Part shown: positions 6,873 through 14,332 of the stretch, piece by piece
Numbering within the stretch: the first letter of the stretch is position 1
Layout of the letters: every line of letters starts with the position of its first letter
Assembly: GCA_018335975.1 (NCBI GenBank)
Contig: JAGXRH010000001.1
Span: 6,215 to 30,214, forward strand
Length of the DNA stretch: 24,000 nt
Source: Ignavibacteriales bacterium
Lineage (GTDB): Bacteria > Bacteroidota > Ignavibacteria > UBA10030 > F1-140-MAGs086
Direction: 5' to 3'
Translations under genes and position numbers: made by a program
The notes under the pieces: generated by a model
Seen by the model: only the letters and a program-made list of their open reading frames with translations
Databases searched by the model: none
Told to the model about the DNA's origin: nothing

Positions 6873-7289
6873 ATGAAACGAACAATCAGCATACTTATAC
6901 TTATAACGGCATTTGCTTTCGTCTTGACAAATGCTCAGGATAAAATGGAAAAGAAAGACGAAATGATGAAAAAATCGGAAATGATGGAAAAGAAGATGAT
7001 GAAACGAAGCGATATGAAACATGATGAAATGGGAAAAATGAAATCATATATGTGCAGCGATGAAAAATGCGGGTTTATGGTGCAAAGTCCCGATGAAGAG
7101 GAAGTGATGTCCGCAACGAAAATGCACGGCAAAAAACATCACGATGTTGAAATGACAGACGAGATGGTAAAAGAAAAAATGGGCGGCGATATGATGAAAG
7201 GCGATGGAATGAAGAGAGGAAAAAGAATGCGCCGAGACGATATGATGAAAAAAGAGGAAATGATGAAGAAAGACGAAATGAAGAAATAA
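6873..7289 (+). CDS. Secreted methionine-rich protein with a central DUF1059-like small metal-binding (Cys/His) core
   Basis: Signal peptide MKRTISILILITAFAFVLTNAQ. By my count 26 of 116 mature residues are Met, set in MMKK/EMMEKK-type repeats on both sides of YMCSDEKCGFMVQSPDEEEVMSATKMHGKKHH (DUF1059-like C..CGF...EEE...H pattern). A strong terminator follows the gene. Confidence 0.8.
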   Translation: MKRTISILILITAFAFVLTNAQDKMEKKDEMMKKSEMMEKKMMKRSDMKHDEMGKMKSYMCSDEKCGFMVQSPDEEEVMSATKMHGKKHHDVEMTDEMVKEKMGGDMMKGDGMKRGKRMRRDDMMKKEEMMKKDEMKK

Positions 7290-7300
7290 TATATTTTTCA

Positions 7301-7338
7301 GAAAGCGATTCCCGGTTGAGGGAATCGCTTTCTTTTTT
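7301..7338 (+). terminator. Rho-independent terminator after the Met-rich gene
   Basis: Perfect 13-bp stem gaaagcgattccc (7301-7313) / gggaatcgctttc (7320-7332), a 6-nt loop, then tttttt (7333-7338). Confidence 0.85.
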
Positions 7339-7353
7339 CCGCTCCATTCTATT

Positions 7354-8067
7354 ATGAACGAACCAACGAAAACTATTTCTGTAAAGCGGAGAAAACTTCT
7401 CCAGCTTTCACCGCTTGTTTTATTCGCGGGCTGCGATTATTCTGCAAAAGGAAACGTAGATTCTTTCCTTACGTCCTTTCAAAAATTTACCGATTGGACG
7501 CAAGAAAAAATATTCGACCCGAATAAACTTGCGACGGAATATTCCGATGAAGAGGTAACGCCGATTGAGGGTTTTCGCGTGAATGGCTACGATACGGATG
7601 AACCGGATATTGATATGGAAAACTGGAGTCTGACCGTTGAGGGGCTTGTGAAAAATCCCGGCGAATATTCGCTTGAGCAAGTGCAATCGTTTCCTAAAAA
7701 AGTGATGAACACAAGACATTGTTGTGTCGAGGGTTGGAGTATGATTCCGAAATGGGGAGGAACAAGAGTAAGAGATTTTATGAAATCGGTTGGTGTTGAT
7801 GAAAAAGCAAAATATGTTGCCGTTGAGTGTGGCGATGATTATTTCACTTGTTTCTATATGCCAAGTTTTCTTCACGCACAAACATTACTTTGTTATGAAG
7901 CGTACAATAAGCCGCTTTCTCTTCAACATGGAGCGCCGGTGAGAATCGTGATGCCGACAAAACTCGGCTATAAATCTGCGAAGTGGTTAAATAAAATCAT
8001 TGTAACGAATGAAAAACCCGGCGGGTACTGGGAAGACCAGGGGTACGATTGGTTTGCAGGAATATAA
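7354..8067 (+). CDS. Periplasmic molybdopterin-dependent oxidoreductase of the sulfite-oxidase fold (MsrP/YedY-like), with a Tat-type signal and a possible lipobox
   Basis: VKRRKLLQLSPLVLFAGC is a twin-arginine-like leader ending in a Cys. HCCVEGWSMIPKWGG resembles the Mo-ligand Cys motif (CVEAWSM) that I recall for E. coli MsrP. GAPVRIVMPTKLGYKSAKWL matches the GAPxRLxxP.K.G.K motif. Confidence 0.8.
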   Translation: MNEPTKTISVKRRKLLQLSPLVLFAGCDYSAKGNVDSFLTSFQKFTDWTQEKIFDPNKLATEYSDEEVTPIEGFRVNGYDTDEPDIDMENWSLTVEGLVKNPGEYSLEQVQSFPKKVMNTRHCCVEGWSMIPKWGGTRVRDFMKSVGVDEKAKYVAVECGDDYFTCFYMPSFLHAQTLLCYEAYNKPLSLQHGAPVRIVMPTKLGYKSAKWLNKIIVTNEKPGGYWEDQGYDWFAGI

Positions 8068-8078
8068 AAGAGAATTTC

Positions 8079-8154
8079 AATGTAGAATGATGAAGTGAGG
8101 ATGTATGCGCTGGAAACTTGAACATTGGATATTGAACATTGAATATTCTACATT
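8079..8154. repeat. Inverted repeat enclosing a 14-nt-period direct repeat, upstream of the lipoprotein/cytochrome b genes
   Basis: aatgtagaat (8079-8088) is the exact reverse complement of attctacatt (8145-8154). ttgaacattg occurs at 8118-8127 and 8132-8141. The palindrome gaatattc lies at 8141-8148. Confidence 0.6.
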
Positions 8155-8181
8155 TGATACACTCTCAACACCAAGAGTTCA

Positions 8182-8391
8182 ATGAAATCAATTGTCATTT
8201 TTTTGTTAGCATTTTCTTTACTCTCCTGCGAAAAGAAAATCAACGTGGTTGCAATGAACGATAAGACAAAAATATTTCACAAACAAGATTGTCCGAAATT
8301 AATGATGGCGAATGTTCGGTTGATTACTGTTGAAGAAGCAAAACAGCGTGGAGGAAAACCGTGTCCGAATTGCAAACCCGAAACACGATGA
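8182..8391 (+). CDS. Small lipoprotein with an Ada-type (H/C-x3-C...C-x2-C) zinc-ribbon-like motif
   Basis: Lipobox LLSC (Cys16). His33-x3-Cys37-x23-Cys61-x2-Cys64 in IFHKQDCPKL...EEAKQRGGKPCPNCKP resembles the Ada N-terminal zinc site spacing (C38, C42, C69, C72 in E. coli Ada). Its stop overlaps the cytochrome b ATG. Confidence 0.7.
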   Translation: MKSIVIFLLAFSLLSCEKKINVVAMNDKTKIFHKQDCPKLMMANVRLITVEEAKQRGGKPCPNCKPETR

Positions 8392-9026
8392 ATAACACAG
8401 AAAAAGAATTTCACCATCCGCCCATCATTCGCATAACACATTGGCTCAATGCAATTGCGTTGCTGATAATGATAACGAGCGGGTTACGGATTTACAACGC
8501 TTCGCCGATTTTCGATTTCAGGATTCCATCGGTGTTTACCCTCGGCGGATGGCTTGCGGGAGCGCGTCAGTGGCATTTTTTCGGAATGTATTTGTTTACT
8601 GTTAATGGAATTATTTACCTTCTGTATAACCTGTTCACGAAACATGGACGGGAGACAACGCTCTTTCGAAAAAAAGATGCTGCCGGAATTATCCCAATGA
8701 TGAGATACTATGCGGGGTTGCAAAAAGAACATCCGCCGCAACGGAAATACAATGCCTTACAAAAATCTGCTTATACCGTAGTTCTCCTTCTTGGTTTTGG
8801 CGGAATACTTTCTGGGATTGCTATTTATTTGCCCGTGCAGTTATCATTTGTTACTGCATTGTTTGGAAATTATGATGCAGCGCGCGTGTGGCATTTTCTT
8901 TTTATGGGTGCGCTGGTGCTCTTTACAATCGGGCATTTGTTTATGGTTGTAATATCGGGATGGAGCAACTTCCTTTCGATGTTCACGGGGTGGGGGAGGA
9001 AATACTCTGAGCCACCTACTTTGTAA
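8388..9026 (+). CDS. Membrane di-heme cytochrome b (prokaryotic cytochrome b561 / Ni-hydrogenase cyt b-type family)
   Basis: Four predicted TM helices carry His residues in ITHWLNAIALL, QWHFFGMYLF, RVWHFLFMG and TIGHLFMV. I place the start at ATG 8388 (ATGA overlap with the upstream stop at 8389-8391) rather than the GTG at 8361. Confidence 0.8.
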   Translation: MNNTEKEFHHPPIIRITHWLNAIALLIMITSGLRIYNASPIFDFRIPSVFTLGGWLAGARQWHFFGMYLFTVNGIIYLLYNLFTKHGRETTLFRKKDAAGIIPMMRYYAGLQKEHPPQRKYNALQKSAYTVVLLLGFGGILSGIAIYLPVQLSFVTALFGNYDAARVWHFLFMGALVLFTIGHLFMVVISGWSNFLSMFTGWGRKYSEPPTL

Positions 9027-9033
9027 CGCGTAC

Positions 9034-9065
9034 AAAAACAACATTGAGTGATTTGCTCAATGTTG
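9034..9065 (-). terminator. Stem-loop between convergent genes; on the minus strand it acts as an intrinsic terminator for the 908-aa gene
   Basis: caacattgag (9039-9048) pairs with ctcaatgttg (9056-9065), with a 7-nt loop. On the minus strand it is followed by ttttt (complement of 9034-9038). On the plus strand it lies 13 nt after the cytochrome b stop but has no T-run. Confidence 0.65.
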
Positions 9066-9118
9066 CAAGCGTGTTGGCAAGGTCATTAACGAAATTAGGA
9101 ATGAAAATATACTGACCG

Positions 9119-11845
9119 TTACTTTACAACCATAAGTTTTTTTGATTGGATAAAAATTTGTTTCCCGTCACGCAAAACAAGTAAACGATAAAAATACACT
9201 CCGCTTGAAACATTCGAGGCATTCCAATCAACCACGTGATTTCCCAATTCTAATTTTTCATTGTTCAAAAGAGTTTTTACTTCTTGTCCCAAGATGTTGT
9301 AAATTTTGAGTGTAACAGTTGAATTGTGGGGAAGAAAAAACGAGACCGTTGTTTTTGGATTAAATGGATTGGGGTAGTTTTGAGAAAGAAGAAAGTTTGT
9401 GTTCTGTAATGGAACATCTTTTATGGCGGTTGTAGGAGACGAAAAATGTAAAAAAGGAACATCGCTTAATCCCTTACAACCCCAAATGCGAATCGGGCTT
9501 TTGGTTATTATATACGGAGAACCAAGAAATGCATTATTGATTTTCCGAGCAACAGAATCAAGCGCATTATAATCAAAACCAAAGTCAAAAAAAGAAAGCG
9601 CGGAATCTATCTTTGCGGAAATTTGATAAATCGTATAACCGTTGAATGGGTCAGAGGGATTAGCGTTATCAAAGTATTGTAGGTAACCGAAGCGCCGGGG
9701 CGTAATATTTAATTCGCTTGCAAAAATGTTCATCTTCAGGGCAATTTGTTCTCCTGCCAAATGATTTTTATGGCGTGAATAGTACGGGTTAATTCTCTCG
9801 CCGGTTGTGCTATCTGCCCACCACGTAGAATCGTAATTAAGAAAAGGTTTGGCTGCGGCGGAACTGTCCAAGTAAGTTCCATTGATAATTGAATTTTGAG
9901 TAGGAAGGAAGCGGAGCAATCGGTTATACCATGAAATTCGAGCAAAACCATAAAAAGGTGGAAATGGTGATGGCGGCACTATATCGGATTTTACACCGAG
10001 GATAAGGTCGTTTGTTGTAGATAAATCTTTTTGCCGCAAAACTGAATCTCGAACATTTGCCCAAGACCATCGTCCTGTCGAGTCGGGATTACGTTTTAGT
10101 ACTGCCAGTACGAGAGTTTCCTGAGGAACGGTACAAAAACTCGGCTGAACAAGGGAATAAAAATTATTTGCATAAGAAATTCCTTTTCCTTGTTCAGGGT
10201 CTATCGTTATTTGTATTGTTCTTGTGCCAAGCACTTGCTGTGAACTTCCGCCGAAACCAGCAACAGCAGAATACCAATATGGTTTTCCGGAATCACAAAC
10301 GATTGTAAATGTTTGAGCAGCCACGCCAAGATTGCGAAAACTGTAAAATCCCAAATCGTTAGTAAGTGTAGATTCTACGAGGGCATCTCCTACAAAGCGA
10401 AATAATCTCCAATCCCCCTTTCCTTCTCTGTCGTGCGACGTTGCAGTATCGCCATCAAAATCTTCAAGCACTTGTCCGGTAATTGCGCTCGTCGTCGTAA
10501 AATATTTTGCCGTAAGTCCGTTTGTGCCGTTCGTTCCTGTTATATACACAGAGTTTGCCGCATCGAGAGTTATTGCGGTAAGGAAATCATTGTTGCTATT
10601 TCCATCGAGTTGTATATCCCATATTTTCGTACCGTCGAGATGATTCAATTTTGCAGCATAGAAATTTTTCAAACCTGTTGCAGTATCAGTAGAAATATAT
10701 CCACCGACGTACACTGCAGAATCGCTTCCGATTGAAACAGCAATTCCTCTATCAATCGAACTTGTACCAGCCAAAGGTCCGTTTATTTGTTTTGTCCAAA
10801 TTGTGTCTCCGGTGCTGCCACGATACTTTATTGTAAAAATATTTTCGCGTTCAATACCATGGTAATTCGTTCCTGTTATATACACATTATCCTCATTGTC
10901 TATTGCTATATCTGTAGGAATTTCATTCAAACCAACTAAAAAATTGTACCGTTTATTCCATAACACCTCGCCGTTGAGTGAATATTTTATCGTACGAAAA
11001 TCGGCATCGGAATTTCTCGAAACACCTGTAACAATAACATTATAGCTATCATCTACAACTAAGTCCACAACCTGGTCAATCTGAATATACAGTGGGACGG
11101 TATAACGACGTGTCCAAACCGTATCTGCTGAATTTCCGCTATGCGATAGTAGGACAGTAAAAAAATCAAAACTGGAGCCCGGTCCTGCACTGTAACCTCC
11201 AACATAAATTCTCCCCGCGGAAGCAACTCCAATACAAGTTCCTACGTCACTTCCTGTACCGCCATCTACAGTTTTTATCCATTGCGCAGTTGTCAAATTC
11301 GTACCGCTCGTTGCAGAATCGTACTTGATTACTACGAGGTCGGAAATTCCAGAAATAATTTCAACAGAACCGGTTACAAACACATTTCGATTTTTGTCAA
11401 GTACAAGAGCAAGCGCTTCATCAAATCCGGTTTGCCTATAACTGTAATTTCGATCCCAAAGAATGCTGCCACTCGCTCCATTAATTTTCGCTGTATAAAT
11501 GTTTGCGTGTCTTGATAAACCGGAGAAATACATTCTACCACACGCATAGAGATTTCCTTCATCGTCAATTTTCATATCAGCGAGCGAATCATTTCCATCA
11601 TTGTAAAAATTGTTTCTCCACAAAAGCATTCCATCTGCATTGTATTTGAGAATTACCCAATCGTGGTTAGAGGGGAGGGATTCGTTCATAACTCCGCCAA
11701 CAATCACATTCCCAGAACCGTCAACGAGAATTGCAACGGGAGAAAAAGCTTGTTCACTATCAGCCCATGCTTGTGTTACTTGCGCAGCTACCTCCGAAAG
11801 GCGAACACCCAAGAGAAGAAAGAAAAATACAATAAAGTTTTTCAT
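9119..11845 (-). CDS. Large secreted protein: SBBP-type beta-propeller repeats, an uncharacterised C-terminal half and a T9SS sorting domain
   Basis: Signal peptide MKNFIVFFFLLLGVRLSEVAAQ. Repeats are of the form GNV[YFI]VTG...D[FL]xTIKYxxxGxxLW. The C-terminus is LSQNYPNPFNPKTTVSFFLP...GVYFYRLL...KKLMVVK. AGGAG lies 8 nt upstream of the ATG. Confidence 0.9.
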   Translation of the reverse strand: MKNFIVFFFLLLGVRLSEVAAQVTQAWADSEQAFSPVAILVDGSGNVIVGGVMNESLPSNHDWVILKYNADGMLLWRNNFYNDGNDSLADMKIDDEGNLYACGRMYFSGLSRHANIYTAKINGASGSILWDRNYSYRQTGFDEALALVLDKNRNVFVTGSVEIISGISDLVVIKYDSATSGTNLTTAQWIKTVDGGTGSDVGTCIGVASAGRIYVGGYSAGPGSSFDFFTVLLSHSGNSADTVWTRRYTVPLYIQIDQVVDLVVDDSYNVIVTGVSRNSDADFRTIKYSLNGEVLWNKRYNFLVGLNEIPTDIAIDNEDNVYITGTNYHGIERENIFTIKYRGSTGDTIWTKQINGPLAGTSSIDRGIAVSIGSDSAVYVGGYISTDTATGLKNFYAAKLNHLDGTKIWDIQLDGNSNNDFLTAITLDAANSVYITGTNGTNGLTAKYFTTTSAITGQVLEDFDGDTATSHDREGKGDWRLFRFVGDALVESTLTNDLGFYSFRNLGVAAQTFTIVCDSGKPYWYSAVAGFGGSSQQVLGTRTIQITIDPEQGKGISYANNFYSLVQPSFCTVPQETLVLAVLKRNPDSTGRWSWANVRDSVLRQKDLSTTNDLILGVKSDIVPPSPFPPFYGFARISWYNRLLRFLPTQNSIINGTYLDSSAAAKPFLNYDSTWWADSTTGERINPYYSRHKNHLAGEQIALKMNIFASELNITPRRFGYLQYFDNANPSDPFNGYTIYQISAKIDSALSFFDFGFDYNALDSVARKINNAFLGSPYIITKSPIRIWGCKGLSDVPFLHFSSPTTAIKDVPLQNTNFLLSQNYPNPFNPKTTVSFFLPHNSTVTLKIYNILGQEVKTLLNNEKLELGNHVVDWNASNVSSGVYFYRLLVLRDGKQIFIQSKKLMVVK

Positions 11846-12021
11846 AGTGGTCTCCTATAAAGCGAAACAAAGTTAGTTTTTGTTCTGGCAAAATATAGGG
11901 AGTTCCTTTCGCAATTCAAATTCAGAAAATGGTTTGTGATTCCGGGCGTAAATTGTTTCCCTCTTTCCAAAGTGGTATATTTTCCGCGTTAAAATTCAGA
12001 TACGACCAATCAATATTTTTT

Positions 12022-12240
12022 ATGGAACAACTTCTGACTAAAGCGTTTGAACGGGCATCGCAACTTCCAAAACCGCTGCAAGAAAAAATTGCAGAAGAAT
12101 TATTGGAAGACATCGAAGCCGAACTCAAATGGGATTCAACACTCGCAAAATCACAAGACAAACTTGAACAATTAGCGGAAAAAGCGTTGACAGAATTTAA
12201 GTCGGGAAAAACAAAACAATTGGGTTTTGACGAGTTGTGA
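12022..12240 (+). CDS. Putative type II antitoxin (helical, acidic)
   Basis: MEQLLTKAFERASQLPKPLQEKIAEELLEDIEAELKWD... Its stop overlaps the toxin GTG (GTGA at 12237-12240). I start it at ATG 12022 rather than the track's 11929. Confidence 0.65.
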   Translation: MEQLLTKAFERASQLPKPLQEKIAEELLEDIEAELKWDSTLAKSQDKLEQLAEKALTEFKSGKTKQLGFDEL

Positions 12241-12506
12241 TTTCTCATCTTTCTGTTGATTTTATTGATTGCTTTGAACGCTTGCCCGATAGAATCAAAG
12301 ACAAAGCGCGTCAATCATATAAACTTTGGAAAAATAATCCGAATCACCCAAGTCTTGATTTCAAAAAAGTGAATCAGAAAAAATCTATTTATTCCACACG
12401 CGTAGGAATTGGATGGAGAGCGTTGGGAGTACGGGAAGATGAAACAATCATTTGGTTTTGGATTGGCTCGCACACTGAATACGACAAAATTTTGAAACTA
12501 CTGTAA
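12237..12506 (+). CDS. Type II toxin-antitoxin system toxin, RelE/ParE superfamily
   Basis: 89 aa. The pattern is PSLDFKKV...IYSTRVGIGWRALGVREDETIIWFWIGSHTEYDKIL (YSxRxxxxxRALG...WxWIGSHxEYD). Confidence 0.75.
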   Translation: MISHLSVDFIDCFERLPDRIKDKARQSYKLWKNNPNHPSLDFKKVNQKKSIYSTRVGIGWRALGVREDETIIWFWIGSHTEYDKILKLL

Positions 12507-12513
12507 AATAATT

Positions 12514-13815
12514 TTGAAAAATATTTCTTTGAATAAACTTACATATAAACTCTCTCCTTCTTCAACAACGCAGCAACTTAATTCACATTACCAAAAAACG
12601 ATTTTGGAAAATGGCATTCGTGTTGTTACGGAACATATTCCCTGGGTTCATTCTGCTTCGATTGGGGTGTGGTTCGATGCAGGCTCGCGCGATGAAAACA
12701 AATCGAACAGCGGCATTGCGCATTTCCTTGAGCACATGGTTTTTAAGGGAACAAAGAATTTTTCCATCAAAGAAATTTCGCAAAGTTTGGAATCGGTTGG
12801 CGGATATTTAAATGCCTTCACGACGAAAGAGCAGACGTGTTTTCTCGCGAGAATGTTGGATGAACACATCGAGCAAGCGATTTCCGTGATTTCCGATTTG
12901 GTGCAACATCCGACGTTTCCCGAAAAGGAATTGAAGAAAGAAAAATTCGTCGTGCTGGAAGAATTGAAAGACGCGGAAGACGATGCGGAAGATTTCACTC
13001 AAGAAATGTTGGAGAAAGAATTATTTCCGAATCACCAACTCGGCGTTCCCGTGATTGGAACAATGGCGAGTGTAAAAAGTTTTTCGCGTGAGAAATTGAT
13101 TTCGTTTGCGAAAGAAAATTATATCCCGTCGAAAATGGTAATTGCCGCAGCGGGAAATTTGCAACACGAAACGATTGTTGCTTTGGTGAGAAAATATTTT
13201 CAATTGGAATTTGAATTGAATCATTTGCAGAAAAGAATTATTCCACCAAAACACACAAACGGAAAAAAAATAATTTTAGAAAAACCGATTCAGCAAGCGC
13301 ATTTATGTTTGGGAACAACATCGTTCAATGTTCATCATAAACTTCGCTATTCATTTTTGGTTTTGCATACGTTACTCGGCGAAGGGATGAGTTCACGCTT
13401 GTTTCAAAACATTCGCGAGAAATATGGGTTTGCGTACACGGTGTATTCGTTTCTCAATTTTATGCGCGATACAAGCACGTTCGGCGTGTATCTCGGAACG
13501 GATGAGAAGAATATCGAAAATGCAGAAGAACTTGTGTGGAAAGAATTGCACAAACTTTCTGCTAAACCGATTTCCAAACAAGAACTCGCGCGAACAAAAT
13601 CGCAACTCAAAGGAACGATGATGTTGAGTTTGGAAAGTATGAGCAACAGAATGATGCGCCTCGGAAGTGATGAACTCTATTTTGGCGAACAAACTTCTCT
13701 TTCCACAATCACCAAACGCATTGATGAAGTTACCGTAGAAAGTGTTTTGGAAACTGCGCAAAAAGTAATTGATGTGAAAAATTTTTCGACGGTGGTGTTG
13801 AAGCCGGGGAAGTAA
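12514..13815 (+). CDS. M16 family (pitrilysin/insulinase-like) zinc metallopeptidase, apparently cytoplasmic
   Basis: HFLEHMVFKGT is the inverted zinc motif HxxEH, and the downstream acidic motif VVLEELKD is present. I see no signal peptide. The start is uncertain (TTG at 12514, with no upstream ATG in frame). Confidence 0.85.
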   Translation: MKNISLNKLTYKLSPSSTTQQLNSHYQKTILENGIRVVTEHIPWVHSASIGVWFDAGSRDENKSNSGIAHFLEHMVFKGTKNFSIKEISQSLESVGGYLNAFTTKEQTCFLARMLDEHIEQAISVISDLVQHPTFPEKELKKEKFVVLEELKDAEDDAEDFTQEMLEKELFPNHQLGVPVIGTMASVKSFSREKLISFAKENYIPSKMVIAAAGNLQHETIVALVRKYFQLEFELNHLQKRIIPPKHTNGKKIILEKPIQQAHLCLGTTSFNVHHKLRYSFLVLHTLLGEGMSSRLFQNIREKYGFAYTVYSFLNFMRDTSTFGVYLGTDEKNIENAEELVWKELHKLSAKPISKQELARTKSQLKGTMMLSLESMSNRMMRLGSDELYFGEQTSLSTITKRIDEVTVESVLETAQKVIDVKNFSTVVLKPGK

Positions 13816-13817
13816 CG

Positions 13818-14087
13818 ATGGCAGTAATCTCAATGTTCTACGGTTTGATTGTTTCTATGTACTTTTATGACAATCGCCAGCATCACATTCCGCATATTCA
13901 CGCAAAGCATCAGAATGATGAAGCAGTTTTTTCTATCAATGATGGAACTATACTTGAAGGAAAACTACCATCGAATAAGCGAAAACTTGTCGAAGCATGG
14001 ATTGAAATTCACAAAGAAGAACTCATGGCGGATTGGGAGTTGGCAATTTCAGGAGAAAACGTTTTCAAAATTGAACCATTAAAATAA
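13818..14087 (+). CDS. DUF4160 domain protein (cassette partner 1)
   Basis: ISMFYGLIVSMYFYDNRQHHIPHIHAKHQNDEAVFSI..G..LEGKLP....LVEAWIEIHKEELMADW is the DUF4160 pattern (FxGIxIxMYxxDHxPPHFHAxY). It starts 2 nt after the M16 stop. Confidence 0.8.
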   Translation: MAVISMFYGLIVSMYFYDNRQHHIPHIHAKHQNDEAVFSINDGTILEGKLPSNKRKLVEAWIEIHKEELMADWELAISGENVFKIEPLK

Positions 14088-14092
14088 TCGTT

Positions 14093-14323
14093 ATGAATCC
14101 AAGAATAATAAACGTAAAACCAAACGAAGATTATACCTTGCTATTATCTTTTGAAAACGGAGAGCAAAAACTTTTCGATGTAAAACCATATTTGGATAAA
14201 GGAATTTTTCGGGAATTGAAAGATGAATCTCTTTTCAAAACTGTTCGTCCGTTTCTTGGAAGTATTCAATGGAAGAACGGACAAGATTTATGTCCCGATA
14301 CATTGTATTTAGATAGTAAATAA
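14093..14323 (+). CDS. DUF2442 domain protein (cassette partner 2)
   Basis: VKPNEDYTLLLSFENGEQKLFDVKPYL..GIFRELKDESLFKTV....GSIQWKNGQDLCPDTLY is the DUF2442 pattern. Confidence 0.8.
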   Translation: MNPRIINVKPNEDYTLLLSFENGEQKLFDVKPYLDKGIFRELKDESLFKTVRPFLGSIQWKNGQDLCPDTLYLDSK

Positions 14324-14332
14324 TTTCAATTT

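Noticed and set aside
8361-8387. GTG start for cytochrome b at 8361
   Set aside because: The ATG at 8388 forms an ATGA overlap with the lipoprotein stop and precedes the conserved HHPPIIRITHW region. The GTG extension lies wholly inside the lipoprotein CDS.
11846-11930. Bacteroidetes-type TAnnTTTG promoter for the minus-strand 908-aa gene
   Set aside because: On the minus strand there is tatattttg (complement of 11889-11897), which is only a near match to the -7 motif. Genes here have Shine-Dalgarno-like GGAG/AGGAG sites, so the promoter consensus to apply is unclear. This is not enough to call a promoter.
11929-12021. N-terminal extension of the antitoxin ORF (track start 11929)
   Set aside because: The extension (MVCDSGRKLFPSFQSG...) looks non-coding. 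The ATG at 12022 gives a typical compact helical antitoxin.
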